A DNA stretch of 28,629 bases from a candidate division WOR-3 bacterium. GTDB lineage: Bacteria > Hydrothermota > Tepidihabitantia > B3-TA06. Below the pieces are notes generated by a model. It was not told the DNA's origin. It saw nothing but the letters and a program-made list of their open reading frames with translations, and searched no databases. Of this stretch, positions 1 through 11,857 are shown piece after piece. Positions within the stretch are counted from its first letter, which is position 1; every line of letters begins with the position of its first letter. The stretch covers positions 1 to 28,629 of the forward strand of contig CBFGKC010000021.1 in NCBI GenBank assembly GCA_965649265.1. Direction: 5' to 3'. The position numbers were made by a program, and so were the translations under genes.

Positions 1-64
1 GCGAGATGACCGATGCAGAATTGAGCAAAAAATGGGGCTTTTGAAGTCATCTAGGCATAAAAAT

Positions 65-103
65 CCCACCGGCCTGGCGGCCACCTCCCTTATGGAAGGG
101 AGG
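65..103. repeat. REP-like double-hairpin palindromic element
   Basis: CCCACC-GGCC(tggc)GGCC-A-CCTCCCTT(atgg)AAGGGAGG; a related, interrupted copy lies at 28400-28475. Confidence 0.55.
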
Positions 104-150
104 CAAACGGCGGATTAAAACAACGCCTCTAGACGGGAAAAAAATTCTCT

Positions 151-178
151 TCCTGGGATGTTACGGAACATCTTGGGA
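151..178. repeat. intergenic hairpin
   Basis: TCCTGGGATGTT-acgg-AACATCTTGGGA, 12-bp stem with G-U pairs. Confidence 0.45.
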
Positions 179-179
179 T

Positions 180-226
180 CGGGGCCCCCCCAAAAACACT
201 TTGTGTTTTTGGGGGGGGTAAAAAAA
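180..226. repeat. CGGGG(Y)CCCC-hairpin-GGGG-TAAAAAA element, copy 1
   Basis: Perfect inverted repeat CCCCCCCAAAAACAC-ttt-GTGTTTTTGGGGGGG preceded by CGGGG and followed by GTAAAAAAA. Confidence 0.6.
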
Positions 227-250
227 TTGGCCCCGCCTTTCGGCGGGACC
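220..250 (-). terminator. rho-independent terminator of the 23S rRNA transcript
   Basis: Minus strand reads GGTCCCGCC-GAAA-GGCGGGGCC-AATTTTTTT (GC stem, GNRA loop, U tract). Confidence 0.75.
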
Positions 251-299
251 TTAAATTTCTTTGAGGGAGGGGGTTCCCCGCGCAAGAACGAGGTCGAGG

Positions 300-345
300 C
301 GGGGTCCCCATTAAAATACAGAGTATTTTAATGGGGCTAACAAAG
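300..345. repeat. CGGGG(Y)CCCC-hairpin-GGGG element, copy 2
   Basis: CGGGGT + perfect 14-bp stem CCCCATTAAAATAC-aga-GTATTTTAATGGGG + CTAACAAAG. Confidence 0.6.
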
Positions 346-361
346 AGGGATGCAAGCGAAG

Positions 362-3376
<3,015 letters not shown>

Positions 3377-3531
3377 TGTATCTCCGCTTGCATTCCCAAT
3401 TTTCCATAGAGTTTGTTCTCGAATCCTTAGTTTTAGCAAAGAGAGTCAAGAACGTTGACGGAAGGACACGGTCCTTCCACCGTTCAATTTCCTTTTCACA
3501 CTATCCTGCTTCTCTCGCCCTGCAGAAAAGG

Positions 3532-3559
3532 ATTATAATCAAGTTTCAGGGTTTGTCAA
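3532..3559 (-). promoter_or_regulatory. sigma70-type promoter of the 23S rRNA gene
   Basis: Perfect TTGACA-16 bp-TATAAT about 155 nt upstream of the 23S 5' end; a leader hairpin GGAAGGAC/GTCCTTCC is followed by a weak boxA-like CGTTCTTGAC. Confidence 0.9.
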
Positions 3560-3726
3560 GTGCTTTAACACTCAAATTGGATTAATTCGCCCTCTAACTC
3601 GCTTTCCGCAAAGACCTTATTGAACCCTTTGTAAAACATGCCGCAACCGGCTTTTCATGTTGTTCGATTAAGTTTAGATTCTGCAACATGTTATACACGA
3701 ACTCGCCGTCGCTGGCATATTACTTT

Positions 3727-6621
3727 CTATTGCAGCTTGACTACCTTGCACCCGGTTTGCAGGCCGGCGGTCTCGAGTCTGATAAAGTAAACACCGCAAG
3801 CTACCGCTTGACCGGCGGTATTCTCACCATTCCACGATATTGAACCGTTTGAAGAAAAAATACGCCATTGGTTCGTCAACCTGCCCTGACAATCATATAT
3901 CCTCATTACGGCGGGGCCGACCCCCTGAGGAAGTATATACCTGATATGTATCTGGCTTCCGGAAAGGACACTCGACGAAAGCTCCAGTTTTAAAGCGCCG
4001 GACGGCAGAATCTCATTACCGGGGATGCCGCCGAATGTGTCGGCCACGGTCAAAGTTCTTAGATCCAGCTCGCTGCCGAATGAGTTGCGTTCGCACCACG
4101 ACACGAAGCATCTGCCGTCGGCAAACAAAGCTTGCGGGGAGCTTGACAAGGCATGAGGCGTACAGCTTAGATTCGCGATCTTTCCCAGATGCCCTTTCTT
4201 GTAGAACAAGTCGGTCTCGTTATCTGCCAGAGATGCCGTCCAGAAGATATGGTATTTATCAGCGGATACCGGGCCCCCGCAGATTATCGGTTCACTTGCA
4301 TCACAACCGTCATCGCTCAGACGTTCGGCTATAGTCCATTGCCCTGAGATATTCGCTCCCTTGGCATCGAAACTTGAATAGTAGACGTTGCTATGCAGCG
4401 TGCCCGGGTTATCCGCCGCGGCGACCATATTAAGATAACCGTCATAACAATCAAGACACGGAGCGCCGATGAAGTTGTAATCAGTATTTGCAGGTATTAC
4501 TTCCATCTGATTTCGCCAACAGGTATCACCAGGAATCATGCAGCGATATCCCAACCCCTGCAACGTTGCACCCTCGGTGCGAACCAGGTAAACGGCGTGA
4601 ACACGTCTCTGTTCGTCTATCGCAAGTGAAACAAACGAGCCTGTTTCGAAGGAATCGTTATAGAATTCGGATAGCACATCGATTTTTGCTTCCTCCGGGT
4701 GAAACTTGTGAAACCGGAAACAAACGACCGGCATTGTGTAGGAATTATCCAGAAAGGAGGAAATACAAGAAACACCCGAGGCGATGAAAACCGTGTCATC
4801 CGGACGCACTACTATGGAAGGTGCAGTAAATGCCGACCAGTTTGTGAGACTCGAAAGAGCAAAAGGCTCGTTATTCCATTGGATGACTCTGTTCGTGTCA
4901 AGCGTTCCATGCCTGTACAGGAGAGATGAACCGTCAAACCAGCATACGGCAAGCTGCCTGTCATTCTGACCGTGTGAGAAAAAAGAGGGAAATTGAGGGC
5001 TTGTTCCACCACAAACAAGTTGCCTTCGAGCCTGGGACAGCTTTGATAGATCCTCCGCCACGCGTATCCACAGAGAGTCATCTTCCACATACAGGAGAGC
5101 CGTATAAAATCTGTACTTTCCCCACTCGTCGAGCCACGTGCTCGCGGTCACAATGCTGCGCTGGTTGTTAGAACCGCTTGAGATTCCCCCCCCGGGGCGG
5201 ATACTTCCGATGCAGTAATTGCACAACATGTCCGCCTTCATGGCGGTTGCACTGTAAGTTCTAATGTTTCGAACTGCTATATCCTGCGGTCCATACGCGC
5301 CAAGCGTATCGTGACTCGAAACGTAATTGCGTGAAGAAGGATTGGTCAGCCCGTCGAACTGCTTGTAGCCATAGTTCGGATTAAAAAAACAAGATGAGTC
5401 GCCTACACCCTTGAATCTGTTTGCATCACTTTCGTAGAATCCGTAAGGCCTCATATCCAGATTGTCACGTCCCTGAACAGGATCGAGCGTCACAGGTGTA
5501 AGCCCGTTCCATCTCCAGTTTCCGCTCGCAACCTCGAGATCGAGAGGTTTTACCAGATAATTGCTGTCACTCCAGCAGTCTTCGCCGGCAAAATTGAATC
5601 CTGTCGGAGACATTTTCTGGTGCCAGATTAAAAGGCCCTGCCCGGGCCATTTACTTTCATAATAATTCTGCCCGAGGTGGACCGAAACGTAAAAAGAACC
5701 GAGACAATAAACTGTGTCCTTAGTCACGTCATGCAAAGTCCTGTTCAGATTAGCACCTGGAAGACCAACCTTGTTGATCCATCCCGCTTCGGCACGCCAT
5801 ACAGGATTCAAGGGCGTCGGAAGTGACCCCTTTGAGTCATAGAATCCCATTCCCGCACACTCAGGATCAAAGCCTCCCAAACCATAATGATCGGGGTTGT
5901 AACCTATATCGGGAAACCACTGGTGGTTGAATTCGTGAACGATGCCGGCCACCGCATCGCCGTGGTACGACGAAGGTTGTCTGGAAAGGCCGAAGATTTG
6001 AACGTACACCTTTTTGAATGTTTTCGAAACAGGATTGTAAAGTGAATCGTTTGTAGGAATAAGCCAGACGGTCCACCATCCGCCCGGGGCCTGACCCCAT
6101 CCCCCTCCGTAAGGTTCAGGCCAGACAACGAATATCCAAACCAGCGGTGTATCATTCACGCCTGGCTTGTCGTTATTGGGCCACCACATGGCATTATCGG
6201 CAAACGACCACACTCCTTCACGGTCGATGCGCTTTATTAAAGAATCCACGAACGCACCCTTGGTAGTATCTGTATAGCTTGTTGGGGTATGCATCCCCTG
6301 CATAACGTAACAGTTTTTATTGTTGTGCCAGGCTTGAGCAGAAACCATGAACTTCCTCATGGAAACCGATTTATAATAGCTTGGAACACTTGGAGGTACA
6401 GTATCGCAGATATCAAAAACATACCCCGGAAGCGGAGTATCCTCTCCATGATGATGGGACCCTTGAGGATTATCCCATTCACCAAGGGCATAAACAAAAA
6501 CAATTTTAACCGTATCAACAGGATTAAAGGGCTTACCCGGACCGCTAGGCATCATCGGGCTTGCAGTAAGGGACGAAAGGATAAAGGCATAAGAGATCGC
6601 TGCTGCGACTTTTGGCTTCAT
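3727..6621 (-). CDS. secreted M6 (immune inhibitor A)-like zinc metalloprotease with beta-rich C-terminal region and T9SS/FlgD-type C-terminal domain
   Basis: Signal peptide, HEFNH zinc motif, GLGGFDPECAG, PTPLNPVWRAEAGW, GLLIWH; C-terminus IYDCQGR..WNGEN..GVYFIRL..KVVKLQ. ATG 6621 is preceded by GGGAG; alternative GTG at 6636. Confidence 0.75.
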   Translation of the reverse strand: MKPKVAAAISYAFILSSLTASPMMPSGPGKPFNPVDTVKIVFVYALGEWDNPQGSHHHGEDTPLPGYVFDICDTVPPSVPSYYKSVSMRKFMVSAQAWHNNKNCYVMQGMHTPTSYTDTTKGAFVDSLIKRIDREGVWSFADNAMWWPNNDKPGVNDTPLVWIFVVWPEPYGGGWGQAPGGWWTVWLIPTNDSLYNPVSKTFKKVYVQIFGLSRQPSSYHGDAVAGIVHEFNHQWFPDIGYNPDHYGLGGFDPECAGMGFYDSKGSLPTPLNPVWRAEAGWINKVGLPGANLNRTLHDVTKDTVYCLGSFYVSVHLGQNYYESKWPGQGLLIWHQKMSPTGFNFAGEDCWSDSNYLVKPLDLEVASGNWRWNGLTPVTLDPVQGRDNLDMRPYGFYESDANRFKGVGDSSCFFNPNYGYKQFDGLTNPSSRNYVSSHDTLGAYGPQDIAVRNIRTYSATAMKADMLCNYCIGSIRPGGGISSGSNNQRSIVTASTWLDEWGKYRFYTALLYVEDDSLWIRVAEDLSKLSQARRQLVCGGTSPQFPSFFSHGQNDRQLAVCWFDGSSLLYRHGTLDTNRVIQWNNEPFALSSLTNWSAFTAPSIVVRPDDTVFIASGVSCISSFLDNSYTMPVVCFRFHKFHPEEAKIDVLSEFYNDSFETGSFVSLAIDEQRRVHAVYLVRTEGATLQGLGYRCMIPGDTCWRNQMEVIPANTDYNFIGAPCLDCYDGYLNMVAAADNPGTLHSNVYYSSFDAKGANISGQWTIAERLSDDGCDASEPIICGGPVSADKYHIFWTASLADNETDLFYKKGHLGKIANLSCTPHALSSSPQALFADGRCFVSWCERNSFGSELDLRTLTVADTFGGIPGNEILPSGALKLELSSSVLSGSQIHIRYILPQGVGPAVMRIYDCQGRLTNQWRIFSSNGSISWNGENTAGQAVACGVYFIRLETAGLQTGCKVVKLQ

Positions 6622-6691
6622 TTTCTCTCCCTTCACGTCTTTTTGGATTCTACGACTCCACTCTTATGTGCTGTCTCGCTCATAGCACTTA

Positions 6692-6719
6692 ATGATAAAT
6701 ACTACCGATAGTATGTCAA
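6692..6719 (-). promoter_or_regulatory. sigma70-type promoter
   Basis: TTGACA-16 bp-TATCAT. Confidence 0.7.
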
Positions 6720-6769
6720 TACGGTATTTTCCCGTTGCATTTCTCAGTCTTAAGACAAAGCGGCTGACA

Positions 6770-7942
6770 TCATCGCAGGTATATCTTTTTTTTGATTACC
6801 CTGGCTCGATCGATCGTCAGGCGGAGAAAGTATGCTCCATTGGAAACCAGGCGTCCTATATCATCTTCACCGTTCCAGGTATATTCATGATCACCGGGTC
6901 CCTGATTCTCACCCGCCACTATCCTTATGAGATTACCTATCAAGTCGAAAATACCGCAGAATACCTCTGTGGATTCAGGCAGCGAATATGAGAATTTAAT
7001 GCCTTTGCGAGTCGATTCAAGCATACGGAGGCAGTACATTTCCGAGTAGTCCACGCCGGTCGTTGGATCTTTAAGATATTCCGAATACCACATATACTGC
7101 CATTGACCGTTGCTGTCCGGTCTGTTGGACGAAAAGTACATTCTGTCGGCTTCTGCGTTCAGGGAAGGGCCATCGTTAAACTGCCAGTCGCCGTTGACGA
7201 ATATCGGGCATGGGAGCATTTCGGTGTTTCCGAAATATTGACCCAGCCAGCGAGAACGCCAGATTGTCCGGCCGCCGGTCCACATTGAAAAATAGAGCCA
7301 CATGCCGTCAGCCGAAACCCATGGATCGTATTCGCAGTAACCTGGATGAAGGTATTCAAAGACCCTCTCCCTTGTCCCCCATGAACCATCCGGCTGCAGT
7401 GTATATTTGAAGATATCATCGCAATCCGAATCATAGTCGGATGAGACATACAATGTTTTTCCATCAGGGGCAACAAAACACGTGAACTCCGAACCGGGTG
7501 TGTTCACATTCGGCCCCGCATTCTTCGGCTGCCCCCAATCGCCGGACTCGTTATCCCATTCGGCATACCACACGTCGTAAGCACCATATCCACCCGGCCT
7601 GCTCCAGGAACACCAAAAGAGCCTGGAATGGTCTGCTGTGACGGATGGGGATAACTCTCTGCGTACATCGTTAGTGTTCACGGACAGTCTCGTGACTGAA
7701 TCCCAGGCGCCTTTATCCCGATTGTACCTTGCGACATAGATGTCATCCCCATGTTCAAAATCTGCAAGCGTATAGTAGAGCTCCGATCCATCGGGAGAAA
7801 TGTGAGCGTGGTAAACGCTGCCTGAAGACTCCGGCGGAAAAAAGGTGTTAATTGAATCGGAGAGTTTTACAGGCTCACACCATTGCCCCTGGGCATTGAT
7901 GAGACTCGCAAATAAGACAAGAATTGAAATTGCGTACCCCAC
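6770..7942 (-). CDS. secreted PD40/TolB-like beta-propeller protein with FlgD-Ig/T9SS-type C-terminal domain
   Basis: Repeated ISPDGSELYY, PSVTADHSRLFW, VAPDGKTLYV, VSADGMWLYF; GGYGAYDVW; C-terminal WNGEDDIGRLVSNGAYFLRL; SD AAGGAG. Confidence 0.8.
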   Translation of the reverse strand: MGYAISILVLFASLINAQGQWCEPVKLSDSINTFFPPESSGSVYHAHISPDGSELYYTLADFEHGDDIYVARYNRDKGAWDSVTRLSVNTNDVRRELSPSVTADHSRLFWCSWSRPGGYGAYDVWYAEWDNESGDWGQPKNAGPNVNTPGSEFTCFVAPDGKTLYVSSDYDSDCDDIFKYTLQPDGSWGTRERVFEYLHPGYCEYDPWVSADGMWLYFSMWTGGRTIWRSRWLGQYFGNTEMLPCPIFVNGDWQFNDGPSLNAEADRMYFSSNRPDSNGQWQYMWYSEYLKDPTTGVDYSEMYCLRMLESTRKGIKFSYSLPESTEVFCGIFDLIGNLIRIVAGENQGPGDHEYTWNGEDDIGRLVSNGAYFLRLTIDRARVIKKKIYLR

Positions 7943-7960
7943 TTTTTCTCCTTATACAGT

Positions 7961-7988
7961 AGGATAAGAAAAGTCCACACTTTGTCAA
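7961..7988 (-). promoter_or_regulatory. sigma70-type promoter
   Basis: TTGACA-16 bp-TATCCT. Confidence 0.65.
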
Positions 7989-8045
7989 GGCTAATTAATA
8001 CTCCCCCTCCTCCCTCTTTACTTGGGATGGATTCTGGATTTATGT

Positions 8046-8684
8046 CTATTCCTGTTTCCCGACGAAGTTTATAATAACCTTTTTGATGTCCCAAAGGTGA
8101 TCGAGCTTCTCGTGGATCTCTTCGGCTATATGTGAAGCAAACTTGTGCTTTTCGGTAAGATCGAGGTCTATGGTGATTACCCCATCCTTCACGTCGAAAT
8201 CCCTCAATAGCTGCATGCGCACGATCGATGCCCCGGTCAGCGGGTTGAGGACGTTGCGCAGTTTTCGCAAAAGGACGTCCGGAGTCGTCGGGATCTTTTC
8301 CGCGAGACCGTGTTTTTCTTTCCACTGATCGATTGCGGAGCGCAGCGCGTCCACGGCAAGAACGGCGCAGTGCATCTTGACCGGCGGCAGCCCCTCCAAT
8401 TCTTCCGCGGCCTCCTTCCACCCTATCTTTTCGGCCTCTTCAATTGTCTTTCCCTTGACCATATCGGTGAGGATGGAACCGGTGGCGATATTGGAAGCAC
8501 ATCCAAAGCTCTCGAACTTGATATCGGTTATGATGTGAGTGGATTCGTCGACCTTGAGGGAAATCTTGAGCATGTCGCCGCAGGCAGGGCTGCCCTCCAT
8601 TGCCGTTGCGTCGGCGTCCTTAATTTCCCCTACGTTGTGCGGGTTTTTGAAATGCTCGATAACTTTTTTAGAATAAGGAAGCAC
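8046..8684 (-). CDS. iscU: Fe-S scaffold IscU/NifU-N fused to a C-terminal DUF59 (SufT/MIP18-like) domain
   Basis: HFKNPHNVG, PACGD, FGCAS, LPPVKMHC (three scaffold Cys plus the LPPVK motif); C-terminal LRNVLNPLTGASIVRMQLLRD..ITIDLDLT resembles DUF59. Confidence 0.9.
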   Translation of the reverse strand: MLPYSKKVIEHFKNPHNVGEIKDADATAMEGSPACGDMLKISLKVDESTHIITDIKFESFGCASNIATGSILTDMVKGKTIEEAEKIGWKEAAEELEGLPPVKMHCAVLAVDALRSAIDQWKEKHGLAEKIPTTPDVLLRKLRNVLNPLTGASIVRMQLLRDFDVKDGVITIDLDLTEKHKFASHIAEEIHEKLDHLWDIKKVIINFVGKQE

Positions 8685-8695
8685 TCTAACTCCTT

Positions 8696-9865
8696 TTATT
8701 CCTTGAATCCATTTTCGGGCGTGAGGGGAGATAGTTTTCGTAAATCTGCAACAACCTCCTTGAGAGCCTCCAGGGTCGAGGAAACCTCCTCGGGAGTGTT
8801 GAACCTCGAAAAGCTGAAGCGCATGGAACCGTGCGCCTGCTCGTGCGGTCTCCCCATCGCTAAAAGAACGTAGGAAGCTTCAAGGGCCTTGGAGAAACAT
8901 GCCGATCCAGTTGCCGCGGCGATGCCGCGCATATCGAGGTGCAGAAGTATGGATTCGCCTTCTATGAAATCGAACGTCACGTTGAGTATGTGCGGTGCGC
9001 CCTGATCGAGCGAACCGTTGAGGTGAACCCACGGAATTTCTCGTGCGATTCCTTCCCATAGCTTTCGTCTTAAACCGTCTATATACGAGATGTGCTCGGG
9101 ACGAACCATCGAGATGGCCTTGGCCATTCCGAAAGCGCCCGCGACATTTTCCGTACCCGGCCTGAGTTCATACTCATTGTATCCCCCGAACATGATGGGC
9201 GAGAGTTTGACTGATTTGCGTCGGTAAAGCGCTCCAATGCCTTTGGGGCCGTGAATCTTGTGGCCGGTAAGAGACGCAAGAGATACGTCCATCTTTTTAA
9301 CATCAAAAGGAACCTTGCCCCACCCCTGAGCGGCATCGGTGTGAAAAGGAATGTCTCGTGAGCCGCACATTTTACCTATCTCTTCGAGAGGCTGGATGGT
9401 TCCCACTTCGTGGTTGACGAGTTGGACCGTACAGAGCGCGGTACCAGGCACAAGCGCAGCCTCTAACTCGTCGAGTTTTACCCTGCCTTCGGAATCGACA
9501 CCTGCCTGAACCATTTCTACCCCCTCCTCCCCCAGTCCGCGAAGAACGTTCAGTACGGACTCGTGTTCTATGGCAGTTGTGACGACGCGGACCGGCTTCT
9601 TCAACGGACGCAGATAACCCAAAAGAGCCAGGTTGTTAGCCTCGGTGCCTCCGGATGTGAAGATTATTTCATCGGGCTCGGCGTTTATCGAACGAGCGAT
9701 CTCCGTTCTCGCCTGCTCGAGCTTATCTTTAGATTCAAGCGATGCCTGGTGTCCGAAGTGGCCGGACGGTGCGGCGTATTCATCGAGAAGAAGTGGACGC
9801 ATCTGCTCGAGGACCCATGGGTCCAGCCGGGTCGTGGTCGCATTATCGAAGTAAATCTCGTTCAT
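8696..9865 (-). CDS. iscS: cysteine desulfurase (IscS/NifS, group I)
   Basis: YFDNATTT, FTSGGTEANN, HTDAAQ, GHKIHGPKGIG (PLP Lys), RPGTEN, TGSAC catalytic Cys. Confidence 0.95.
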   Translation of the reverse strand: MNEIYFDNATTTRLDPWVLEQMRPLLLDEYAAPSGHFGHQASLESKDKLEQARTEIARSINAEPDEIIFTSGGTEANNLALLGYLRPLKKPVRVVTTAIEHESVLNVLRGLGEEGVEMVQAGVDSEGRVKLDELEAALVPGTALCTVQLVNHEVGTIQPLEEIGKMCGSRDIPFHTDAAQGWGKVPFDVKKMDVSLASLTGHKIHGPKGIGALYRRKSVKLSPIMFGGYNEYELRPGTENVAGAFGMAKAISMVRPEHISYIDGLRRKLWEGIAREIPWVHLNGSLDQGAPHILNVTFDFIEGESILLHLDMRGIAAATGSACFSKALEASYVLLAMGRPHEQAHGSMRFSFSRFNTPEEVSSTLEALKEVVADLRKLSPLTPENGFKE

Positions 9866-9867
9866 AT

Positions 9868-10308
9868 CTAGGACTTCGTTGCGCCGGAACCGATATCGTC
9901 ACATTTCACCGCTCTCGGAAGAAACCAACCAGAGCGCCGCAAACGCCTGTCAACCAATGTCAATGCGGCAAAATATACGATAACGGAAGAAAATATCATG
10001 ATTGCAGTAATCCAAACCTTGGAGGTAATGGCATTGCCGATAAACCACATTGCAATACCGAGCAGTATCGGACCTATAAACACGAGCAAGGAAGAGATTA
10101 TCGACGGTGCGGACGCGGTCGAAATCGTAACACCATCGCCTTCCTTGAGAGTGCCTTGCGCCCGCGCAATCAATACGCGACTCTTCCCGGCAGGAAAGCA
10201 CAAAGCATGCTGCCCGCACGATGCGCAGCCCCCGTGCTCGGGCATCTTGACTTTTACCAGAGGCCCTTCGATAGTCATGACCTCTCCGTATTCTTTAAAT
10301 TCCACCAT
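9868..10308 (-). CDS. rseC: RseC/MucC family membrane protein
   Basis: E.G.V..I.G...KV, CASCGQHALC cysteine motif, GD.V.I, two C-terminal TM helices. Confidence 0.8.
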   Translation of the reverse strand: MVEFKEYGEVMTIEGPLVKVKMPEHGGCASCGQHALCFPAGKSRVLIARAQGTLKEGDGVTISTASAPSIISSLLVFIGPILLGIAMWFIGNAITSKVWITAIMIFSSVIVYFAALTLVDRRLRRSGWFLPRAVKCDDIGSGATKS

Positions 10309-10312
10309 GCTA

Positions 10313-10340
10313 ATTATAGGTTTTTTGTAGGATTTGTCAA
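10313..10340 (-). promoter_or_regulatory. sigma70-type promoter, leaderless start of rseC
   Basis: TTGACA-16 bp-TATAAT, ATG 4 nt after the -10 box. Confidence 0.85.
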
Positions 10341-10356
10341 GTAAAACTACTCAACA

Positions 10357-10382
10357 GGAAATCTCTCAGCGGAGAGATTTCC
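10357..10382. terminator. perfect 11-bp hairpin (terminator of the symporter operon, or operator)
   Basis: GGAAATCTCTC-agcg-GAGAGATTTCC; the U tract is weak. Confidence 0.55.
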
Positions 10383-10393
10383 AAGTTGTATTC

Positions 10394-10421
10394 ATTTTAG
10401 TCGTTCACCCTCTCTTGTCAA
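10394..10421 (-). promoter_or_regulatory. second, upstream sigma70-type promoter of the Fe-S operon
   Basis: TTGACA-16 bp-TAAAAT. Confidence 0.65.
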
Positions 10422-10441
10422 GAACACATAGAAACAAGTCA

Positions 10442-11857
10442 TTATTCAGCAACTGACTGCTGCCGCGTCTTCACGGGAATGATCAGCGAGGTGCTTACCA
10501 GAACCACGGCGGCTACAACAAGAGCCACTACACCGTCGACAAGACCAAAGGTTGGTAATATTTTCAACCAGATGAGAATGACGGCACCTTCTCCTGCCAA
10601 TATGGACAAAATCGCGGACACTGGATTCACTTTATTTTTAAAATACAGAGCCGCTACCGTAGAGGGCCAAAGAACCACTAAACCCGAGAAAGTAGTCTTG
10701 ACAAGTGTCGTGAATATTCCGGCGGAACCGAACCCGGCAAAAACGAGAACGATAACACACACGCATACGGCGGCGGTAAGCAAACGTCCTACCAAAACCT
10801 TGTTTTTCCTTACACCGAGATCGTGAGTGAGCATTGTGGATACGGCAAGAAGCTGAGCGATGGCCGTTGAGATAAGGGCGGCAAGAGCGCCTGTCATGAC
10901 AAGGGCATGAACCCACGGCGGAGCAAAATGGGCGACCATCGTCGGAAGGACCATGTCAGGGGAAGAAAAGGTCAGATCGGTTCCACGAGCCCATACCCCG
11001 ATCAATACCGGCGCAAGGAAAAGAAAACTTACAAGCAAGGGATAAAGCCAGGTGCTCGCCTTAAGGGTTTTCAGGGACCGAGCAGTATAGAACCTCGTAA
11101 AAAGCTGGGGAAACATGGGATTAACGAAACTCCAGAGAATGATTAACGATAGCCAGCCCTGAGGAGTGTAGTAACCAGAAGGACCGGGTCTCATGAAATG
11201 ATCGGGAGAGCGGCCGAATGCCGCAAGGCCCGCTTTTTCGAATCCGCCCAGACCTTTCGCCACAAAAAGAAGCGCCGCAAGCATAGCAGCAATCATTATA
11301 CCTCCCTGTAGAACATCGGTCCATGCTGTTCCTCGCATACCCGTCAGGGCAACGAATAATCCAAGCACCGACACCGTCGCGACGGCTCCGACAGTGGTAA
11401 TTTCGACTCCCGAAATGCTCGAAAGAATCATGCCTGCACCAAGCGCCTGGGTGAACAAATACGGAATGGTAAAGACGGTCATAACCAGAAAAACCAGTAT
11501 CCTTAATGGCCTGCTTTTGAGTTCACTGCCTATCAACTCCGGAGCAGTCATGTATCCATTTTCTCGACCAAGCTGCCAGACTTTTCGGCCAATCAAGTAA
11601 AAGGAGAAAGGAACCAGTGCCGTCCCCGCACCCATGATTCCGTACTGCCCAAGTCCGAACTGCCAGGCTGCACCGGCAAAGCCAAGAAAAAAGAACGCGG
11701 AAAAATTAGTGGCGGCGAAACTCAGGAAGAAGACCACCGGGCCAAGCGAGCGGCCGGCCAGAAAGAACTCCTCAGGAGTCTTACCCGTTCTTTTGAATGC
11801 GAATATGGAAATTGCAATCAATACCGCAAAGTAACATGCAAGAATAATCCAATTCAT
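10442..11857 (-). CDS. sodium:solute symporter (SSS family, PanF/PutP-like)
   Basis: EEFFLAGRSLG, ATNFSAFFFLGFAG, GMRGTAWTDVLQG, PQLFTRFYTA, GALAALIST; about 13 TM helices; ATGA overlap with the upstream gene. Confidence 0.92.
   Translation of the reverse strand: MNWIILACYFAVLIAISIFAFKRTGKTPEEFFLAGRSLGPVVFFLSFAATNFSAFFFLGFAGAAWQFGLGQYGIMGAGTALVPFSFYLIGRKVWQLGRENGYMTAPELIGSELKSRPLRILVFLVMTVFTIPYLFTQALGAGMILSSISGVEITTVGAVATVSVLGLFVALTGMRGTAWTDVLQGGIMIAAMLAALLFVAKGLGGFEKAGLAAFGRSPDHFMRPGPSGYYTPQGWLSLIILWSFVNPMFPQLFTRFYTARSLKTLKASTWLYPLLVSFLFLAPVLIGVWARGTDLTFSSPDMVLPTMVAHFAPPWVHALVMTGALAALISTAIAQLLAVSTMLTHDLGVRKNKVLVGRLLTAAVCVCVIVLVFAGFGSAGIFTTLVKTTFSGLVVLWPSTVAALYFKNKVNPVSAILSILAGEGAVILIWLKILPTFGLVDGVVALVVAAVVLVSTSLIIPVKTRQQSVAE

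Noticed and set aside
71-190. CCTGGCGGCCA resembling a 5S rRNA end
   Set aside because: No other conserved 5S motifs follow on either strand; the sequence is explained by a palindromic repeat
1-345. CRISPR array or integron attC array
   Set aside because: The hairpins are not identical, regularly spaced repeats, there are no cassette ORFs between them, and no cas or integrase gene is in the window
5186-5193. C8 tract in the protease gene as a phase-variation site
   Set aside because: Runs of 7-8 G/C also occur in housekeeping genes such as mnmG, so it is not distinctive
7867-8873. Alternative-frame and antisense ORFs (184 aa, 187 aa; also 9742-10344, 11966-12352, 24799-25284)
   Set aside because: They shadow well-supported genes or leaders and have no recognisable motifs
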